64,000 nucleotides of DNA from Octopus sinensis (Eukaryota), in the NCBI RefSeq assembly GCF_006345805.1, contig NC_042998.1, positions 108,438,001 through 108,502,000 of the forward strand, in the 5' to 3' direction. The position numbers were made by a program, and so were the translations under genes. The notes beneath the pieces were generated by a model, which saw only the letters and a program-made list of their open reading frames with translations, was not told the DNA's origin and made no database searches. Shown in pieces: positions 61,691 to 64,000 of the stretch (the first letter of the stretch is position 1; each line of letters begins with the position of its first letter).

Positions 61691-63099
61691 GTATGTATGT
61701 ATGTATGTATGTATGTATGTATGTATGTATGTATGTATGTATGTATGTATGTGCCTCTGCATATTTATATATATGTATGCATGCGTATATACATTCATAC
61801 ACACATACGCACATACATGTCTATTTTGGTCACACGTGTACTCACAGGATCACCCGGCAAGTTGGTATGTCTACTTTCTCTTCAATCAACACTAAACATG
61901 TGTTATATGCTAAACACGCACATATGTGTGTGTGTGTGTGATCAGTTATAGGTGATTTCTTCAGTACGATTATGGTATTTATCAAAATTATTAAGAGTGT
62001 GACTATCATCACCCCTATCCCATGAATATATTCGTCGTCGACATCGTTCAGATCATCAGAATTATTAATTTTTGGACATGCAGAATCAGTAAAATGCCGG
62101 ACAAAATGCTTCGTGTCCTGAATTTATATACAGTACTGCAAACGTCAAGCTTGTTTCAATTCTTTCAAGATCGTTAACATAAGAATCAATCAAATACTTG
62201 GATTGTATAAACTGAACCTTCAATTTATGGTCTTTTGCCTACTCTAAACTTAATGTTAAACCAGAAGGAAACAGAGCAAGCGACATAAAAAGGGTATCAG
62301 ATTAATTTGGGATACTAACACCAAAGCCGTTGTAGGAAAAAATTTACCACTGTTGAAGTGAGATTTAAAATGAAAGGTGAAACCAGGAAGCACTTCACAA
62401 CAACCCTGTAGAAGACGAACTAGTCTTCGTATCAGTCTACTTTGGAAAGTAGTGAAAATATGCGTGGCCGATATTCCTCCAGAAGTAAACAGCTAATGGT
62501 TGGTGTCGCCTGTTCTCTTCTGTATAGAGGATAAAACGTACTGAGCCCCCCCCCCCACGCACACATAAACAAAAAACAAAAAATAAATAAACAAGAAATT
62601 ATGGAAGCTACGCCGGACCTGGACAATTTATCAGCTTGCTCAGAAGGCACAGTCTCGGAATTACGTATGGTGATACAAGCCATCAGAAGGCTTTCCGTCC
62701 ACAGTAAAGGTGGGAAGAGAGGGGAGATCCCCTCCTTTGCTGCCGACACCATCATCAATGCATCAAAAATATCAGCAACAAAACACCAGCACCAAGAGTA
62801 ACATGCTGCCACAGCAACAATAATAGCAACAACAATGACAACAACAACAATAAAACAAGCATCCGTGAAAGCAACTGTAATATCAGCAGCAGCAACAGCA
62901 ACAACGGTAACTACATCAACAATAGAAGGAACAGTAGCAAAAAAAAACGCTGCCATCAAGGAATTCGTTGGTAGGGACATTGTTACTGGAAACTGAACGC
63001 GTCGCTCCTGGTGCTCCAAGCTTAAAAGATCGTGTTAACTAGTTCGCTAAGCAGTTTTAATGAATGCAATCGTTAATAGTGGTTCACAGTGGAAAAGCG

Positions 63100-64000
63100 T
63101 TTAAAGTAGAATAAATTAAGTTTAGTAAGCAGTAGCATTCACGAAAACTAAGATAGAGGGTGAACTATTTAGAAACTTAGAAGAGGGTCGTAAGCAAGGC
63201 TTCAGTAGTGACGTGCACGCGTTGAGGTTGGCTCTCTAGTAGTTAAGCAACTTAAAGCATGACTCTTCGAGTTGTTAGCGCTCAGGCATGTGAAGAAAAA
63301 AAACCATTTGATGGGCTAGAGTGGCGGAGACGCAACATGACAATAAAGCTACGATTCATTATTCCAGTGGGGTGGGGAATTATGGACGCCTGTAGCATTT
63401 CCGTCGACTGCTCGATGATATGTAGCAGGTCAGATAACAGGATGCAATTCACTGTCTATCTCAACGGTCTGTTATGACTATCAACTAGAGAGACAAAGTG
63501 TTGCGAAAAACCGATAACAGCCGCGGAAATAGTGGAAATAATGGCGGGCAAATTGTCTCGTTTGGATTGGTTGCCTTACGAGCTTTACTTATATATGTCA
63601 GACTTGTTTGCAATGGATGTCTTGGCAGGTATTTATCGCAACTGACAGCAGAACAAGAGAATTTCCAGTTCTGGGAGTTGAGAAGCGGCAGCGTTACCGA
63701 GAAAGAAAGAATTCAAACGAGATATTACATTGATAAATTTCAGCCCATAACTCTAAGCGCACATTCCAATAGTTTGGTTATAGTGTTAGCAAGCAGGTTG
63801 GCGCTTATCGTCGATGACCTGAACGACGATGATGATGATGTGCAAAATGCACCAACCAAGACAAGTTTCACCTCATACAATTAATCATAGAGAGGTTGGG
63901 TAAGGATACTAGTAAGGATGGAACCCAGATTAACCAGGCGTGATCGCCACTTGTTAGATGGATTTTTTCAGAGCTCGTCTATTTGACAGACATAGTCTTG
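63100..64000 (+). mobile_element. Decayed L1/Tx1-clade LINE related to 26205-28190, running off the window
   Basis: Shared blocks GAGGGTGAACTA, GGCGGAGACG and GGTTGGCGCTTATCGTCG. Translation IDKFQPITL...VLASRLALIVDDL. Confidence 0.68.

Noticed and set aside
62432-63019. 195-aa minus ORF and 66-aa plus ORF
   Set aside because: Largely driven by (CAA)/(CAG)-rich low-complexity sequence. It may be the 5' region of the adjacent L1/Tx1 relic, but no motif supports this.

Overview
AT-rich, microsatellite-dense eukaryotic DNA, most likely an octopus (cephalopod) intergenic or intronic region. The taxon is inferred from tRNA-derived SINE families I recognise from memory and was not checked by search. 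No intact host gene is visible, only a few candidate exons. The window is a layered transposon landscape: Tc1, maT-like, rosa-like and mariner DNA transposons, CR1-like, Tx1/L1-like and Penelope-like retroelements, and three SINE families. It also holds about 14 pieces of R4/Dong-type non-LTR retrotransposons (RT with YMDD, CCHC knuckle, PD-(D/E)xK restriction-like endonuclease). The main pattern is that these elements partition microsatellite targets. Several subfamilies sit in (TAA)n tracts, always with (TAA)n on their sense strand, and form two stacked arrays (about 6.9-14.3 kb and 17.0-25.8 kb) that also carry a 556-bp non-coding repeat. A separate family sits in (CATA)n tracts and carries a copy of its own target inside its 3' UTR. 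The first array appears to have been seeded by the (ATT)n tail of a CR1-like element and to be nested inside a mariner. Motifs were read and translated by hand, and boundaries are approximate to a few bases unless a TSD or TIR is quoted.
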